DNA of 64,000 bases from NCBI RefSeq assembly GCF_009914755.1, contig NC_060936.1; one strand, given 5' to 3'. A program made the position numbers and the translations under genes. Origin of the DNA: the human T2T-CHM13v2.0 reference genome, Homo sapiens. Shown piece by piece: positions 58,974 through 64,000 of the stretch; within the stretch, counting starts at the first letter, position 1; every line of letters begins with the position of its first letter. Below the pieces are notes generated by a model that worked only from the letters and a program-made list of their open reading frames with translations, did not search any database and had not been told where the DNA came from.

Positions 58974-59804
58974 ATCACCAAAGCCCAAGCTCTTAATCAT
59001 GAGGGAGGGCCAGCAGCAAGAATAAGGCTGTCCAAATACCACTGAGTGGCTGTGCCTACAGGGTTTACTTTCTGCCTGATGCTTGTCTACCCTGGGGCCC
59101 ATCTGCCTGGGGTGATACCAACAATTTGAAGATGATACGAGGAGGGGTGGGAGCAGGAAGGGATTGTTTTATCCTTTGTAGCTGCTTCAGAAACAATGTC
59201 CACAAGATCACACAGCTAGCAAGTGGTAGGGATGGGACTTGGACCCGAGGAGTTTGGTTCTAGAGTTTCTGTTCCCTCACCTGAAGGAAGGTGGCAGGGG
59301 GAATGATAAAATATAGACAGATGGATTTGAAGGCTATTTGGAAGAAAATTCCTGCAACTTATTTGGATTAAATGAGACAGGCAGACAACTGATGAGAGAG
59401 AGGAAGGACTTCAGGATGAGAACCTAGTTTCTGGGCAGTTGTATTTTAATGCACTAACTCTCTCAGATTACATATTTACATTTAGTTTTTAATTTCAAGG
59501 TCAGATTAAGAGGAGAATTCCATACAATGTGTTAAAGCCGTTGGGGAAGTATGTTAAGGCATACTTCCTCGTTTTATATGGGCGCCACCCCTACCTCAAC
59601 TTTTGTTGAGCTTTTTAAAATAACAGCCCCCGAGAACTGAGCAAAGACTGCCCCACTAAAATCCACTGGCTGGGAGCTTGAGGACCTCTCCAGAGGAGGG
59701 ATCTGATGGGCATCTGTGAAGCCAGAGAACAGCCAAAAGAAACAGACCATCTGAAAGCAGCAGACCCCACACTTACAGCTGCTTCAGAGATTTAAAACGC
59801 ACCA

Positions 59805-61040
59805 CAGTGAACATGGGAGTGCAGATATCTCTTTGAGATACTGATTTCATTTCCTTTGGGTAAATACCCGAGGACGGATTGCTGGATCACATGGTAATTC
59901 TATTTTTAATTTCTTGAGGACCCTCCATATTGTTTTGCATAATGGCTGGACCAACGTACATTCCCACCAACAATGTACAAAGGTTCCCTTTTCTCCACAT
60001 CCACTCCAACACTTGTTATCTCTTGTGTTTATGACAATAGCCGTCGTAACAGTTGTGGGGTAATACGTCATCATGGTTTTGATCTGCGTTTCCCTGATGA
60101 TTAGTGATGCTGAGCACCTTTTCATACACCTGTTGACCATTTGCTTGTCTTCTTTTCAAAGATATCATTCAGGTCCTTTGCTCATTTTGAATCAGATTAG
60201 TTGTGGGGTCTGTTTTGCAATTTAGTTGTATGGGTTGCTTACATATTTTGGATATTAACCCCTTATTGGATATACAGTTTGCAAATATTTCATCCCAATC
60301 CACAGGCTGTCTTTTCACTTTTTTGCTTGTTTCCTTTGCTGTGTGGAAGTTTTTTAGTTTGATGCAGTCCCATTTGTGTATTTGTGATTTTGCTGCCTGC
60401 GCTCTTAGTGTTGTATCAAAAAATTCATAGCCAAGGCCAATGTCAAGGAGCTTTCCCCTTATTCACAATAGCCAAGATATGGAAACAACCTGAGTGTCTA
60501 TGGACAGATGAATGGATAAATCATTTGTGGTATATACACACAATGAAACATTATTCAGCCTTAAAAAAGAGATACTGCCATTTGCAACAATATGAGTGAA
60601 CCTGAGGGACACTATGCTAAGTAAAGCCAGACGCAGAAAGAAAAATACTGCATGATCTTACCTATATGTGAAATCTTAATAAATGAAATTGAACACAGAG
60701 AAAACGAGAATAGAATAATGGTTAGTAGGTGTGGCAAGGAGAGGAAATGAAGAGATATAGGTCCAAGGGTACAAATTTGCAGTTATGTAGATGACTAAGT
60801 CTAGAGATCCCATCTACAAAAAGAGGGCTATAGCTAAGAATATGGTATTGTATATTTTAAGTCTGCAAAGAGAGTAGATTTTAGGTGCCCTTACTATTAA
60901 TACAAAAAAGAAAAAACAGGTAACTATGGAAGATAATGGATATGTTAAATTGCTTACCTGCAGTAATCATTTCACTGTGGATATGGATATCAAAACATGT
61001 TGTACACCTTAATTTTATACAATTAAAAAAAGGAAAAAGA
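59805..61040. mobile_element. L1MA-like element with 5' inversion
   Basis: 59805-60459 on minus, 60460-61040 on plus; the two breakpoints are adjacent in the L1 consensus. Confidence 0.85.
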
Positions 61041-63019
61041 AAGAACATGGAATAAAGAGGGTTGCTTCCTTTTTCTTTTTCTCTATTTTATTTTCTGTCT
61101 GAAAGAAGGATAAATAATATCATAAATGGTGTTGATGAAATTCTGGCTGCATGGAGAATACCTAAGGAGAACCAGCAATGCCCAATGTTGGCACCAGCTG
61201 AGGTTGATAAGATAGCCTGAAGGTTGTATGTTTTTAAATGTACAGATGCTAATTTTTTTTCTTTTTTAGCATATCTAGTGAAGGGCAATGTATTAACCTG
61301 TTAGGGGAGCCAGGTTTTGCTAAAAACAGAGATCAGCATCTATCTTGTGCTTTACCATTTACAAAGAGCTCTTCTGTGTTCACTCACTTAAACTTTGATG
61401 ATGGGGTTCCACATCTCTGAACTGGCTTCCTTGGGGGCTGAGATGAGATGAGATCTACATTTGCCCTGTTCTCTGAACAAAACTTGCTGCAGACAAAGGA
61501 AAATACTCATGCTTCTCATGTACTAGAATGGGGTCCCTTCCTCTGCTTTTAAGAGGCATCCAGTAGCCAAGAAGGAAACATCCTCCTTATGGCCTAATGA
61601 GAACTTGTCACTCCTATGGTACACGGAATCAGAATCCTCGCACAACACAGAATAGGAGGACCCAAAGGATCCCTGGTGACCATTTCATTCCCTTTGTCTT
61701 CCTCTCATTTTACACAAGAGAGAGCCAAGCCTTAGAGAGGATCAGTGGTCCAGTCATAAGTGACAGTATTGCATTTCTACAACAGCCAAAGGCATTTCCT
61801 GTATAGATTGTGGATAGTTCTTTTCGGGGGTGGGTGCTGAAATACTAACACTATCTTTCATTTATGATACCTTTATGGTTTATAAAATATCCTTATTTGA
61901 ATGTTAAAAAGCAACTAAAATGTATGACAAGTTGCTAGGATTTTAATATAATTTTTCAAATGATAGTATCCAACATAAATTTAGTCATATTGGAAAAATC
62001 CAGGTAAGCGTATTAGTAATGGCTTTAATAATCAAATTTCTATTAAGGAAAATTTCTGACTTTTTCTATCTAGAACTAAATAGTGCATGGTAGCAGTAAG
62101 TTTTGAAGGCAACTGTGATTATAGAAATGAATACAACTGGCATATTTATTGAAATTGATCCTTTTCTCTGTGTGATTAGCACAGTAATTCTAATTTATGT
62201 CCCACCCAAGGAATAGACAATTGGGTCTGTGGAAACATGGTCTCTGCTGAGATCAGGGCATTGTTTCATAATGGTAAGAGGAAGTAATAATGTTCCTAAC
62301 AGGCAAGCAGAAGTGGGTGGAGTCACTAAAATCCTAAGAACACACTGCTTTTTCCCATCGTTGGTTTTGACCTTTATGTTCTCTCTGTGATATTTTTCTG
62401 CTATGTTTTTCTAGGCTCTCATTTCACAATGAACAGTTTGTGAAAAAAAGGAAAATAACAAGCCAAAGGCAACACTTTCCCTGGAACTTAACTGGCCAGG
62501 TCACTCTTCCCTCCAGGAATAGTCTCCCTGTTTGCTTTTTTGATGCTCCAATTTCATACTTCCAGTTATTATCATGGAAACATCCAGCTTTACCCATATT
62601 TATTCCATAGAGAAATACAATATTCATAAATTACATGGCCGAACGCGAAACCCTGTTAATAATTACAACAGTGATTATAAATAAACATCTCCCTTTCAAC
62701 TCAGGATTTTAAATCCACGCATTTCACGTATCTCCCTCACACCTTTTATTGTGGAAGACTTGATAAATAACAAAAAAGCTACTTTAATCAGGTGTATCTC
62801 CAAGGTTTTAGAACATCAATTTGTTTTGTTGGCATCATTGGACAATAGGTCAGGAGGACCATCCCCAAATTCCTAATTGCAGAACAAACATGAAAAAAAT
62901 ATTTGTAGTGTTCAGTCAGAGGTTAGCAAAAAGGAAAGGAAGAAGAATTTGTGATTCTCCTCAATTTTGACCCCTGCCTTGACCTGAGATTTTATAATGC
63001 CACACACAGGATGGATAGT

Positions 63020-63260
63020 ACTTATGGAATGCTTACTTTAAATCAAGTGCTGGGCTAAGCACCAGTTTCCATGGATCACTTCCTTTAGTCCTTGCTGTAA
63101 CTTATCAAATAGGTAGTATTACTCTGCCTCCCATATTAGAGATGAGGAAACTGAAGCTCAGAGAGATTAAGACCTTTTTGTAAGGTTACAGACCCAATAA
63201 ATCGTTGAGCAGATGTTTCAGCCACGGCCAGTAAATGGTCAGAATCAATCCTGAAGTTGA
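63020..63260 (-). mobile_element. MIR SINE
   Basis: agatgaggaaactgaagctcagagagattaag core. Confidence 0.8.
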
Positions 63261-63337
63261 TCAACATTTGATGCTTAACCAAATCAGTACCATAAGACCA
63301 AAGTAACATTAGAATTTCACTATCACAATGTATATAT

Positions 63338-63513
63338 GATTGGCAAGCAAAACTACAGCCTATGGGTCACTAATGTGTCCATGTGTTTACATTTTGTCTT
63401 TCGTCTTTTCCCCAAGACAACATCAGAGTTACATAGTTGCAAAAGAGACTGTATGACCCGCAGAGCTTAAAATATTTGCTATCTGACCTTTACAAAAGAA
63501 TCTGTCAGTACCT
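63338..63513. mobile_element. MER58A-like hAT MITE
   Basis: ggcaagcaaaactacagcctatggg...aaaatatttgctatctgacctttaca. Confidence 0.7.
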
Positions 63514-64000
63514 GGTTTATATTCTTTTCCCTGGGAGTTATTCTAAATTCTCTGCCTCAGCAATTCAGAGAAGGGGAAAGAGAACTACTGTTTTTCCTAC
63601 AGAGTAGGAAGATGATCCAGGCCATAAATGTTAATTGCTGGTCTGTGGATCACTTAAACAGTTCAGGAATGGGATTTAGAGAGATCCTGAGCTGGATGCG
63701 AAAGGAAATATGTTTGTCCCTTTCTAGGTATTTTGAAGATTAGGAGAGGGAAGAGGGTTTAATCTAATCAAATTATGCTATTATGGTATTTATTTACTCC
63801 AAACAAATGTAGGGTTCTGGGCTGTCACTAGGCCCAACCAGAGCTATGCGGTGATCCACCTACCAGTTCAGCACATAAAACAGCTTCTTACTGTAAGAAT
63901 TAAAGAAAATATGCCTTGCAGCTATGATCATAAATCTCTCTCTCTGCTTATACTTGAGCTAGCTCAGGTTAAAACACAATGTAAAATATAGGAATGGCAA

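Overview
Primate (human-like) genomic DNA: about 64 kb inside the TMTC1 gene (O-mannosyltransferase with C-terminal TPR repeats; chr12p11 from memory), transcribed on the minus strand. Seven coding exons (probably 9-15 of 18) splice with canonical GT-AG sites into one open TPR-encoding frame. The rest is intron filled with Alu, L1, L2, L3/CR1, MIR, LTR and DNA-transposon relics; the ORF track is almost all repeat noise. No prokaryote-type system or new protein-coding gene is supported. The most unusual signals are small-scale. (i) A cluster of locally templated or fold-back insertions at 45.9, 50.6, 55.5 and 59.6 kb resembles end-joining repair scars; one builds a CpG- and ETS-motif-rich hairpin. 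(ii) A sense-oriented, internally deleted ERV1 provirus has env ISD and integrase remnants, splits an L2 and has a 4-bp TSD. (iii) An old duplication brackets exon 10. (iv) An Alu tail has turned into a T-rich microsatellite. (v) An old L1 carries a 5' inversion. Repeat subfamily names are from recognition by eye, not a database search.
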